A DNA stretch of 60,268 nt, filler included. It is 8 parts of 8 records of this genome, joined end to end, with 100 filler letters (N's around TTAATTAATTAA, not from the genome) between each part and the next. Parts side by side here need not be neighbours in the genome. Positions count along the whole stretch, not along the records: positions 1 to 11,433 come from SRR31147125_80120; 7 more parts are not named here. One strand, given 5' to 3'. The notes under the pieces were generated by a model, which was not told where the DNA came from, ran no database searches, and saw only the letters and a list, made by a program, of their open reading frames with translations. Positions 1 through 9,370 of this stretch are shown here, piece after piece; the first letter of the stretch is position 1, and each line of letters opens with the position of its first letter. A program made the position numbers and the translations under genes.

Positions 1-241
1 GTCCCATCCCCTTAATAGTCATCAGTTTCTCTATCGTTGGTACATTGCCTTCGCTGTCAAGCATCTCCCGTACCCGTCCGGCAAGTACATCCACCGGTTT
101 GTCTTTTGTGCCTGACCCGAGCAGCAGGCTGATAAGATCAATATCGGAGATTGATGCCGGTCCGATGTTCATGATGCGTTCCCGGGGACGTTCATCCAGC
201 GGGCGTTCATGGATTGATGTATAGTTTTTCATATATTTCAT
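1..241 (-). CDS. radC: RadC family protein, N-terminal part (runs off the window start)
   Basis: Manual minus-strand translation: MKYMKNYTSIHERPLDERPRERIMNIGPASISDIDLISLLLGSG...LMTIKGMG. This has the RPRER and LLLGSG motifs typical of the RadC N-terminus. Alternative start at 232. Confidence 0.85.
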   Translation of the reverse strand, partial: MKYMKNYTSIHERPLDERPRERIMNIGPASISDIDLISLLLGSGTKDKPVDVLAGRVREMLDSEGNVPTIEKLMTIKGMG

Positions 242-419
242 ACGAATTATAACTGCGGGGATGGAAGAAATCGTTCAAAACGAACAAAATTAACAGCAAA
301 ACAGTAAAACAGCAAAACTTACCTATTTTGAAACAAAGTATACATATACTAAAACTATTCATAGATATATCCAGTGGAATAAGCTAAGCTCCACATAGAG
401 CACGAGTGAGGAAAAAGAG

Positions 420-1045
420 ATGAAAAGAGTAGTAGTTTATGGAGCAACCGGTAAAACCGGAAAGGAAATTGTTAAGAAACTTCTTTCAGAGGATTATGAA
501 ACTACCGCTTTCGTACGAGATCCCTCACGACTAGAGATTCAAAACAAATATCTGAAAGTACTAGCGGGTGATATATTCAACCAAAAGGACGTACAAAAAG
601 CAGTTGCGCATCAGGATGCTGTAATCATAGCCCTCGGGTCCGGCCAATCGCTCAGTAAAACTACCATTCGCGCAACCGGCACAGAGCATATAATTAAAGC
701 AATGCATGAAAACCAAGTCACGCGACTGATAGCTGTAAGCGCAATGGGCGTAGGTGATAGCTGGAAAGACCTTTCCGTATTGAACAGATTGTTTTTTGCC
801 ACGTTGCTGCGGAACAGCAAAAAGATCATGAGGCTCAAGAACAGCTTATTATCAAAAGCGCATTGGATTGGACGATCGTTCGTCCCAGCGGATTAACAGA
901 TGATCCTGGTACCGGCATTTATAGCTTCGAAACACATGTGCAATCCAAAAAATTCAGAATAGCACGGGCTGATGTTGCCCATCTGATTCACAAAGTTCTT
1001 GATGATGCGACGTATGTGAGAAAAGCAATTACGATCACCAACTAA
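420..1045 (+). CDS. NAD(P)H-binding flavin reductase/BVR-B-like atypical SDR, frameshifted near 820
   Basis: GATGKTG Rossmann motif. ORFs 420-896 and 863-1045 join (NSKKDHEAQEQLIIKSALDWTIVRPSGLTD) if one A is added to the run at about 819-823. Confidence 0.8.
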
Positions 1046-1059
1046 GAAAGTGAGATGTC

Positions 1060-1832
1060 ATGGTTACGATTCTATACTTCAGTCCTACCGGAAATACTCG
1101 ATATATAGCTTATAAGCTGCGAGAAATTCTAGGTGAAGAGCCTACATCGATAGACGCGCTCGACCATATAAACCCGTTGGATATACAAATTACAGACCAC
1201 ATTGCCATCCTTTTTTCCATCCATGGATTCAATCCTCCCCGCATAGTTAAGCACTTTGTAAATAGGCTGCCCGTAGGACTATGTACAACTATAAGTCTGA
1301 TCGCTGTAGGTTGTGCCGAATCCTGGGTCAATCAGGCAGCGACATTCGGGTTGCGAAAAAATCTTGAGAAAAAAGGATACACCATTACAGCGGACAGAGT
1401 TATTGCCATGCCGTTAACGTTTATCAAGCCTTTTCCTTTTGAAGCTGGGAAAAAACTGGTCATGGAGGTTGATGATAAAGTACGAATCATAGCTGATGAT
1501 ATCCGACTGAAAAAGAGAGCGGAGAGCAGGGTCGAAAGGAAGTCTCGTTTCATCAATCTGATCGGTAAGTTGGAAAATCCAGCATCCAGGATGTTCGGAT
1601 TGGAACTGCACGCCAACAAAAAATGTGTATCATGCGGCTTGTGTGAGAAAGAGTGTCCAGCCGGGAATATCCATTTAAACAAGAAAGGGAAGCCGATCTT
1701 TCATCTGAAATGCATGATGTGCCTGCGCTGTGTGTACAACTGCCCGGAAAAAGCAATCAGTCCTGGACAGCAAAATTTATTCCCATAAAAGGCGGTTATG
1801 ATATAACTGAATACCTGGAACATGATGAATGA
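1060..1832 (+). CDS. EFR1-family flavodoxin-ferredoxin fusion, frameshifted near 1765
   Basis: N-terminal YFSPTGNT flavodoxin motif and two CxxCxxCxxxCP motifs. The C-terminus continues in another frame (TAKFIPIKGGYDITEYLEHDE*) to TGA 1830-1832. Confidence 0.8.
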
Positions 1833-1871
1833 AATTGCCTGTGCTGTTTGAGTATTCCTCACAGGCAAAAG

Positions 1872-2930
1872 TTAGTTAGCCGTTCCCTTTTCAAGAAATG
1901 ATGTGTGAATCTTATCGTATGCGTCCCCACCCTTTGAAAATGGACAAACCTTGATACAGATGCTGCACCCCAGAGTGCGGCTGAACTGCGGAAAACATTT
2001 CTCCCGGTCTATACAGGTTTTTGTTTCACCGATCACATCCATCTTCTTGAAGGTGGTAATCTTCCCATCCAGGATTGCTCCAGTCGGACATGCTTTACGG
2101 CATTTACGGCAGGTTTTGCAGAAATCCTCAATCCAAGCATGTTCTGTGCTGTCAGTATATTCGAAAATCTTCTCTTCCAGAAAGATCGGCGCGATCCGAA
2201 CCCGCTTGCCATATTTGGGAGTGATCAGCAGTCCATCAAGCCCCTGCCATCCTAAACCCGCTTTGCCGGCCAAGGGCGGAGTATTTACCAGACCGCCCAG
2301 TGGATGGTTACTCTGGCACTTGATCCCGTATTCGGACCGTAACCAGCGGGCTATATCGTTCACGGCAAGCCCCAGGGAGTTGTAGACACGCTGGACCTTG
2401 GAACCGGCTTCAATGCCCGGAGCTTTATCAATCTTTTCCTTATCCATCTCCTGAAGCACAAGCAAGGTATGCCTGAACAGAACGGCCTTGCCCTTGAAAA
2501 TAAGGCGATTATCGAGTTCGGTGAATCCAATTTCTGCCTGCCATGTATTTCGGGCATAGCTGGCCAGGTGCTTCCAGATATCTGTATTAGGGTATGTGCC
2601 CATCAACCTTGAACTTTTGGGAATCCCCTTCCCACTCGCGAGTTCATCGAAATAATCTTTCAGGTCGGTGAAACATTCCCGCCGCCCGCGCATCATCGGT
2701 TTCATATACTTTTTCATAATGCCGAGCATTTTGAACGCATGCACTGGACCATTGGAGAAGAGCATTTTTTTGATGGGGGAGCTGGACTTGCCCTGGGAAT
2801 CCTTATAATCATCACAGCCGAAATACTCAAATCCCTCTATTGGTGAGTCGGGATGAGCGGTGTGAACGAACTTACCATACTCGGCTATCTTTTCCAGGTA
2901 CTCTTTTTCAGCTTTTGATTTAGGTGCCAT
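1872..2930 (-). CDS. Reductive dehalogenase/QueG-like cobalamin and 2x[4Fe-4S] protein
   Basis: AGLGWQGLDGLLITPKYGKRVRI segment, FCKTCRKCRKACP and CF...GCSICIKVCP motifs, as in the RdhA/QueG C-terminal domain. No TAT signal. Confidence 0.75.
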   Translation of the reverse strand: MAPKSKAEKEYLEKIAEYGKFVHTAHPDSPIEGFEYFGCDDYKDSQGKSSSPIKKMLFSNGPVHAFKMLGIMKKYMKPMMRGRRECFTDLKDYFDELASGKGIPKSSRLMGTYPNTDIWKHLASYARNTWQAEIGFTELDNRLIFKGKAVLFRHTLLVLQEMDKEKIDKAPGIEAGSKVQRVYNSLGLAVNDIARWLRSEYGIKCQSNHPLGGLVNTPPLAGKAGLGWQGLDGLLITPKYGKRVRIAPIFLEEKIFEYTDSTEHAWIEDFCKTCRKCRKACPTGAILDGKITTFKKMDVIGETKTCIDREKCFPQFSRTLGCSICIKVCPFSKGGDAYDKIHTSFLEKGTAN

Positions 2931-3523
2931 TATTTCTGTATCCCTCGTATAAATATCGTGATAAATCTGCGGGTCAGTTTCCTGAATTCGGTTTCATTGC
3001 AGTCCTCTATCTGGACCGCGTGGATTAGCTGACCGAGAATCGAACGAATAAAAATGGCTGCCAAGTTTTCTGGAGAATCTATAAGAGAATCACGATAGTT
3101 TTCCAGTACATCGGCCATATTTCGGATGAAATTATCCTGCCGTCTGATGATATGCTTATGGGGGATGGCATCAAGCTTTTCCTTCAAGGTAATGCCGATT
3201 ATTTTTCTGGACTGCATAAAATCCTGTACCAGATACTCCCCGATAATATTCAGATCGCTGGCAAGATCGTTCAGGGGCAGGGATGCGAAGATTTCATCGG
3301 TTGATTGGAATTTCTGTGCGGTTACATCATCAATTACCGCTTTGTACAGATCATCTTTGCTGGAGAAATGGTTGAATAGTGTTACTTCACTTATTCCGGA
3401 GACCACGGCGATCTCTTTCGTTTTCACCCCATGATAGCCTTTTTCGGCGAACAGATTTCCGGCTGTCGTGATGATATGGTTTCTGTTTGCTTGACGTACG
3501 GTTCCCCGGTGGTTCTGTTCCAT
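2930..3523 (-). CDS. TetR/AcrR family transcriptional regulator
   Basis: LFAEKGYHGVKTKEIAVVSGISEVTLFNHFSSKDDL HTH. ATG at 3523 is preceded by GGGGAATAAG. Confidence 0.92.
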   Translation of the reverse strand: MEQNHRGTVRQANRNHIITTAGNLFAEKGYHGVKTKEIAVVSGISEVTLFNHFSSKDDLYKAVIDDVTAQKFQSTDEIFASLPLNDLASDLNIIGEYLVQDFMQSRKIIGITLKEKLDAIPHKHIIRRQDNFIRNMADVLENYRDSLIDSPENLAAIFIRSILGQLIHAVQIEDCNETEFRKLTRRFITIFIRGIQK

Positions 3524-3537
3524 CTTATTCCCCAAAT

Positions 3538-3580
3538 TTAAGTATAAACTTAATATAAATTAAGTAAATACTAAAGTCAA
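3538..3580 (-). promoter_or_regulatory. sigma70 promoter of tetR overlapped by two palindromic operators
   Basis: Minus strand TTGACT(3580-3575)-17 nt-TATATT(3557-3552). Palindromes TTAAGT-N4-ACTTAA (3538-3553) and TTAAGT-N4-ACTAAA (3560-3575). Confidence 0.65.
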
Positions 3581-3599
3581 GAAATTCGTAAGAATCATG

Positions 3600-3761
3600 A
3601 ACTGACCGCAAGAGTGTGGGATTTAACAGAACACTTTATCTTGCTCTCTATAAATTTACTCCAAAATTTCATGTTCTCCTTTCAGCGAAAAGCTTTGTGT
3701 GCAATAATTATTTAAACCTAACGAAATTAGGGAAAAATTTCCCACACTCTTGCGGTCAGTT
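3600..3761. mobile_element. MITE-like element, copy 1 (162 bp)
   Basis: Perfect 22-bp terminal inverted repeat AACTGACCGCAAGAGTGTGGGA (3600-3621 / 3740-3761) around an AT-rich non-coding core. Confidence 0.75.
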
Positions 3762-3824
3762 ATTATAGAATAAGACAGGAATAACATGTCTAATGCTCAC
3801 AAAATAAGACAAATGGAGTCAGCA

Positions 3825-4940
3825 ATGAAATACAGAAAACTGGGGACAACCGGACTGCGGGTCAGCGAAATCAGCCTGGGGACAGAGTACCTTATAGACA
3901 TCCCGGAACAGCAGGCCATCAATGTCATTCGCATGGCGGTCGAGCGCGGTGTCAACTATTTTGACCTCTTTTTTGCCCAGCCGGGATTTCGGGACATAAT
4001 GGGCAGAGCCTTTACCGGTCTGCGCGACAAAGTTCACTTTGCGGCTCATCTCGGAGCTTCCCATAAAGATGGTCAGTATGAACGCACCCGTTCCCTGGAG
4101 CTGAGCGAGCACTACATTCACGATTTTCTGAAGCGCTACAACACCGATTATGTCGATGTGCTTTTCCTGCACAACAGTGACGGGCAGGATGATTTTGAGG
4201 AGATCATGAAGCCGGGCGGATTGTATGATATTGCCCAACGGTTCAAAAGGGAAGGCAAAGCCCGCCACATAGCCTTCAGCAGCCATACCGTGGATACATC
4301 CCTGAAAGCCATGCAAGATGATCAGATAGAGCTGCTCATGTTTCCGATTAATCTTGCCAGCCATGCCGTCCCCGGAAAACGTGAATTGTTGACTGCCTGT
4401 GTGGAACGTGGAAAGGGACTGGTTGCCATGAAACCGTTCGCGGGTGGAAAACTGCTGCTGCAGGAGGATGAGATTGCACTGGAAAATTTCCATTCCGCCG
4501 GCGGAAAATATACACTGAAGAAACGGAAAACGATAACCGCGCCGCAGTGCATTGCCTATGTCCTGGATCAGAGCGGAGTCAGCTGTGTGGTGCCGGGCTG
4601 CGCAAGTACTGAACACCTGGAAGATGTGCTCTCCTACTACGAAGCAGATTCTGAAACTCTCGACTATACCGATCACCTGGTGGGGTTTGATCAATATAAG
4701 AGCGGGGAGTGCGTCTACTGCAACCACTGCCTGCCGTGCCCGGTTGGAATCGATATCGGGGCCTGCAATCGCCTGCTGGATCAGTCTCCCGACAGACCAT
4801 CAGAAGCAGTCCGGAAACGTTACAATGCGCTGGAGGTGAATGCCGGCGACTGCGTGCAGTGCGGAGCCTGTGAGAAGCGCTGTCCATTCTCCGTGGGAGT
4901 GATTGACCGGCTGGAACAATTGGATAATTTATACGGATAG
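3825..4940 (+). CDS. Aldo/keto reductase with C-terminal 4Fe-4S dicluster domain
   Basis: MKYRKLGTTGLRVSEISLG start, AMKPFAGG motif, CVYCNHCLPCP and CVQCGACEKRCP. Alternative start at 3786. Confidence 0.92.
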   Translation: MKYRKLGTTGLRVSEISLGTEYLIDIPEQQAINVIRMAVERGVNYFDLFFAQPGFRDIMGRAFTGLRDKVHFAAHLGASHKDGQYERTRSLELSEHYIHDFLKRYNTDYVDVLFLHNSDGQDDFEEIMKPGGLYDIAQRFKREGKARHIAFSSHTVDTSLKAMQDDQIELLMFPINLASHAVPGKRELLTACVERGKGLVAMKPFAGGKLLLQEDEIALENFHSAGGKYTLKKRKTITAPQCIAYVLDQSGVSCVVPGCASTEHLEDVLSYYEADSETLDYTDHLVGFDQYKSGECVYCNHCLPCPVGIDIGACNRLLDQSPDRPSEAVRKRYNALEVNAGDCVQCGACEKRCPFSVGVIDRLEQLDNLYG

Positions 4941-4985
4941 TGAGTGTGATTGCCCTGAGTGAATAGTTTGAATACCTACCATATT

Positions 4986-5147
4986 AACTGACCGGAAGCT
5001 TGTGTGAAATATATTCATAATTATTTACATAATATAGCTTTGATTATTGTCTAATAATATGAGAAGAAAAGTACAAAAAAATGGAGTGTAAATTCATTAC
5101 AGTAAACAAATTATACCAAAAGAGACCCCACACACTTTCGGTCAGTT
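4986..5147. mobile_element. MITE-like element, copy 2 (162 bp, opposite orientation)
   Basis: Ends AACTGACCGGAAGCTTGTGTG ... CCCACACACTTTCGGTCAGTT. Same length and TIR family as 3600-3761. Confidence 0.7.
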
Positions 5148-5206
5148 AATATAAATAATTATCCGGAACATTACTATGTACTGTTTCTCTGAAAAAGGAA
5201 GTAGCC

Positions 5207-7546
5207 ATGCAGAAAATAAAAGGAACCTCAAACAGATATCTCGATATCAATCTTTCACAGAAAAGCTGGAAAGAGTACACGGTATCGCACTTCGATCTGA
5301 AAGATTACTTAGGGGCGAAGGGACTTGCCCTGAAAATCTATTATGATCGTTTCGGGGAGACAAAATTGGCCGGAATAGATCCCCTGGGAGAGGAAAATGC
5401 CATAATTTTCTCCATGGGAGTCATGCTGGCAACCGGAGTTCCCTGTTCGGCTCGTTTCGAGGTCGTGACGAAATCGCCGCTTACCGGATTGATGGTCGGA
5501 TCGTCCTGCGGCGGACCGTTCGGGGAAGCCTGCAAAACAGCCGGATGGGATGGTGTGATTATTACCGGTAGGGCGGAAGAACCCACCGTACTGCGCGTAT
5601 CCCATGCGGGAGTGGAGTTTGAACCGGCCGATAAACTGTGGGGACAGAGTACTTCTCAAACACAGGATGCACTCAAGCTGGGCAAAGCCGACGGGGCAGC
5701 GGTCATTGGACCGGCTGGTGAACATCAGGTTCCCTACGCCAATATCTGTTCAGGGCATCGATTCGCCGGCCGCGGGGGAACCGGAGCTGTGATGGGAGCG
5801 AAAAACCTGAAGGCAATTACCGCAGTTGGGAAGTCGGTGAAGTATGAACCGCTTCTCCCCGATCTGTTCAAACGAAACCTGAAAAAAGCCCGTAAATTTG
5901 TCAACAGAAACAGTATGTCAAAATCATACAAAGCATTCGGAACGAATTTTAACGTGCGGGTCGGTATTAAGTCGGGATATTCACCGGTACGTAATTTTCG
6001 TGATCGGTATCACCCTGAAATCGAAAAAACGGCAGGGGAAGTTCTTGCTGAAAAATATCAGACCAAACCAAAAGGCTGTCGTCTCTGCCCCATTCAGTGC
6101 GGCCATACCGGAACCTATCCAGATGGGAGGAAACGCAATATCCCCGAGTATGAAACCAACGGCATGTTCAGCGGCAATATCGAAAACTATGATACAGATA
6201 TTATTGGAGAATGGAATGAACAGATGAACGACCTTGGTTTGGATACGATTTCAACCGGCGGTACAATCGCCTGGGCAATGGAAGCCGGTGAAAAGGGGCT
6301 GCGCGAGACCGGGTTGAAATTTGGCCGAACCGACAACATCTCCGCCGTCATAGAGGATATTGCCTACAGGCGCGGAGAGGGGACAGAGCTTTCCCAGGGA
6401 TCAAAATGGCTGAGTGAGCGCTACGGAGGCAGTGACTTTGCCATTCATGTCAAAGGGCTGGAATGCGCGGCCTATGATCCACGGTCCGGCTGGGGTTACG
6501 GGCTCGGAACGGCGGTACATAACAAAGGAGGATGCCATCTGGGATCCTATATGATTGCCCTGGAACACCACTTCGCGTATATGCCTCCTCTTACGGCGGT
6601 CAGCAAAGCTCGCTGGGTAGTATTCATGGAGGACCTGTTCAGTGCCGTGAACTCGCTGCAGGTTTGTCTCTTTTCCGTTTTCGGGATCATGACAGAACCG
6701 CATATACCAAAATATCTGCCGCGCTTTGTGCTGAATATCGCTACGATACTCATGCCGAAAGTGGCTATAGCTTTGATGGACTGGAGTATTCTCAGTACCT
6801 ATTTCTGGTCGATGACCGGTATTAAACTATCGAAATGGCAGCTGGTAAAGGCGGGGGAGCGGATAAATAAACTTGAACGCTGGATGAATACCCGCATGGG
6901 TGTGGAGGCGCGGGATGATACCCTTCCCGGGCGATTCCTGACCGAAAAAGAGACCGCCTACCCGGGACATAATAAAGTAGTTCCTTTAAGTACGATGGTG
7001 AGCACCTATTACCGGCTTCGCCGCTATCGGAAGGTTTCCGGGGGACCGGCACGGGAAGATATCGCAAAACTGATGAATCATGGAAGACGAACAGGGCATC
7101 TGCGCCGGAGGCGACATCCCATTATGCGGATATATTGTTCTATTGTCTTTTGGCTGCTAGGTTGGTTTATCCCGAAAGTCGCATGCCGCAAAAGCTCTGT
7201 CAGAGAAGAAATTATGAAATTCCCTGGACAGTTTTCCTTCAGGCTGGAGGTATGGCCGGAGGGACCATCTGTGGCTTTCCGCAAGGTAGATGATCGGCTG
7301 AAGCGAATCAGAAGTTGGTGGGAACCAGTTGATATGACAGTCAAGTTGAAGAGTATAGAGGCTGCTTGGCTGTTATTCACATTTCAGGAAAGTACCTGTA
7401 TGAGTGAAGCCCGCGGTCGCTTGTCGGCAGAAGGCGATCTGCCGAATACCTGCACATTTATCAGGTTGATGGACAAGGTCGAAATACTGTTGCTGCCGAA
7501 ATTTATTGCCAAAAGGGCAGTGAAAGAGTGGAGGAGTGTGGAATGA
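5207..7546 (+). CDS. aor: Aldehyde:ferredoxin oxidoreductase (W/Mo-pterin AOR family) with an extra C-terminal domain of about 150 aa
   Basis: KSPLTG, GRGGTGAVMGAKNLKA, CxxCPIxC, PEYET, GLDTIS, VKGLE...YDPR, GGCH and DDTLPGRF motifs. Confidence 0.93.
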   Translation: MQKIKGTSNRYLDINLSQKSWKEYTVSHFDLKDYLGAKGLALKIYYDRFGETKLAGIDPLGEENAIIFSMGVMLATGVPCSARFEVVTKSPLTGLMVGSSCGGPFGEACKTAGWDGVIITGRAEEPTVLRVSHAGVEFEPADKLWGQSTSQTQDALKLGKADGAAVIGPAGEHQVPYANICSGHRFAGRGGTGAVMGAKNLKAITAVGKSVKYEPLLPDLFKRNLKKARKFVNRNSMSKSYKAFGTNFNVRVGIKSGYSPVRNFRDRYHPEIEKTAGEVLAEKYQTKPKGCRLCPIQCGHTGTYPDGRKRNIPEYETNGMFSGNIENYDTDIIGEWNEQMNDLGLDTISTGGTIAWAMEAGEKGLRETGLKFGRTDNISAVIEDIAYRRGEGTELSQGSKWLSERYGGSDFAIHVKGLECAAYDPRSGWGYGLGTAVHNKGGCHLGSYMIALEHHFAYMPPLTAVSKARWVVFMEDLFSAVNSLQVCLFSVFGIMTEPHIPKYLPRFVLNIATILMPKVAIALMDWSILSTYFWSMTGIKLSKWQLVKAGERINKLERWMNTRMGVEARDDTLPGRFLTEKETAYPGHNKVVPLSTMVSTYYRLRRYRKVSGGPAREDIAKLMNHGRRTGHLRRRRHPIMRIYCSIVFWLLGWFIPKVACRKSSVREEIMKFPGQFSFRLEVWPEGPSVAFRKVDDRLKRIRSWWEPVDMTVKLKSIEAAWLLFTFQESTCMSEARGRLSAEGDLPNTCTFIRLMDKVEILLLPKFIAKRAVKEWRSVE

Positions 7547-9306
7547 GCGGCAGTAGATGTCAAAGATTAACACCAGCAGGCACAATTTTGTGCGGAAGAG
7601 GGTCAGTATCCCAACTCTCAAGTGAGATTTTATTATCTGGGGTCCGATTTCCTGAAGTGGTGATGGAGAAAGAGTATCGAGGAAAGGTTCTCAGGATAAT
7701 ACGCAAAATGGAATTCCCGGATCACAGGATGCTGCCGATCTCTATTCAACTGCCTACAGAAGCTGCTGATATGCTTATCCTGGTTGGGAGAGCCCAGTTT
7801 CTGGAGCGTTTCAGGGATGATACCCGCATAAAGGCCTATATCGTACCAGATACTGCAGCACTTGCCGAATTGGAGAGACTTTCAGCCGTGGCAGATGGTA
7901 GGGATAACGGCATTGGTAAAGATCTTGTCAATTTTCTGGTGATTGACAATGCTTTGGTAAGAAAAAAACAGGTAATTGAGAGCTTTTTCAAGAGTTGGGG
8001 CGGAAATCTGATAGGAAAATTAGGGAAAAATAGACCCGATAAGCTGGATATCCACAGGGCCTCATCTCTTTCAGGTGCGTCCACCCACTCGGGGACTTTC
8101 GTCTACTCAGGTGCATTCACCTATTGCTGTAATACCGAAGTTTTCAGTGGAGATGATGCTCTTTCCGAATTGCCTGCTCTTATGGAAAAAATGAATGGTA
8201 AAAAACCGCTTATCCTGACCGATAAGGGGATTATGTCGACCGAACTGCCGGATTTGCTGATGCAGAATCTCGGATCGGCAGCATCGGAAGCGGTTATTTT
8301 TGATGACATACCTCAAGACTCAAGTCTGGAAACAGTTAACGAAATCAGCAGGATATTTCGTGATAAGCAGCGGGATATCCTTATTGCTCTTGGAGGCGGA
8401 TCAGTACTCGATACCGGGAAGGGGGTTTACCTGAATGTCTCACTTGGGAGTTCGGATCTGAATAAATGGGTGGGATCAAATAGAATTCCAAGCCTGAAAA
8501 CACCATTTATCGCGATTCCGACCACTTCCGGTACAGGGTCAGAGGTGACAAAAGCCGCCGTGATTCACGATCTGAACAGCAAGCGGAAGTTACCGTTTAT
8601 ATCGTCCAATCTGCAGCCTGACGCGGCCATTCTGGACAGCCGTATGACTGTCACCCTGCCACCCTTCCTGACTGCAATTACCGCCATGGATGCCTTCTCT
8701 CATGCCGTAGAAGCCTATACCTGTCTTGGGAAAAATCCCATCAGTGATCAGATGGCTTGGAAAGCCATTGAATTGATAATGGACAACCTGTCTCCAGTCC
8801 TGACAGATACCGGTAATCTGGAACTGCGTCGCAATTTGGCACTTGCATCCTGTCTGGCCGGACAGGCTTTCTCAAACTCTATGGTTGGGATGGTTCATAC
8901 CATCGGGCATACTATTGGATCGGTCTGTCGTGCCCCGCACGGAAGCTGTATGGCTGTGCTGCTGCCTGCTGTTCTGGAATATAACTATGGTAAGATTAAG
9001 CATGAGTTGTCCGAACTGCTCGAAGTCATTGGCGGTTCAAGCCTGAACCAGACTACTCCTGCAGCCCATAAAGCTCGCAAATTGATAGAAGTAATCCGCA
9101 AATTCAATGCCGATCTGAAAAAAGCAACCAACAACAGGCACCCTGTCCGATTGCGGGATATTACCGACCGGGAAGGCAATCAGCTGGTACGCAGGGAAGA
9201 TTTTGAATTGATTGCCGAACAATCGATGGGTGATCCCTCTATCGTCTATAATCCAAGGGAACTGGGTGTTCAGGACGTGATGGATGTGCTGGAAAGTGTG
9301 TATTAA
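7543..9306 (+). CDS. Iron-containing alcohol dehydrogenase with an N-terminal extension of about 185 aa
   Basis: ALGGGSVLDTGK, IPTTSGTGSEVT, DAFSHAVEAY, HTIGH and PHG motifs. ATGA overlap with the aor stop. Confidence 0.9.
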   Translation: MSGSRCQRLTPAGTILCGRGSVSQLSSEILLSGVRFPEVVMEKEYRGKVLRIIRKMEFPDHRMLPISIQLPTEAADMLILVGRAQFLERFRDDTRIKAYIVPDTAALAELERLSAVADGRDNGIGKDLVNFLVIDNALVRKKQVIESFFKSWGGNLIGKLGKNRPDKLDIHRASSLSGASTHSGTFVYSGAFTYCCNTEVFSGDDALSELPALMEKMNGKKPLILTDKGIMSTELPDLLMQNLGSAASEAVIFDDIPQDSSLETVNEISRIFRDKQRDILIALGGGSVLDTGKGVYLNVSLGSSDLNKWVGSNRIPSLKTPFIAIPTTSGTGSEVTKAAVIHDLNSKRKLPFISSNLQPDAAILDSRMTVTLPPFLTAITAMDAFSHAVEAYTCLGKNPISDQMAWKAIELIMDNLSPVLTDTGNLELRRNLALASCLAGQAFSNSMVGMVHTIGHTIGSVCRAPHGSCMAVLLPAVLEYNYGKIKHELSELLEVIGGSSLNQTTPAAHKARKLIEVIRKFNADLKKATNNRHPVRLRDITDREGNQLVRREDFELIAEQSMGDPSIVYNPRELGVQDVMDVLESVY

Positions 9307-9370
9307 TGGTGAAATATCTATAATTGAAGATTGATTTGCGGTTTACAAAAGAAGATGCTGCTGTACGATC

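Noticed and set aside
292..318. AACAGCAA/AACAGTAA x3 tandem repeat
   Set aside because: Too short and has no spacers. Not a CRISPR array and no supportable function.
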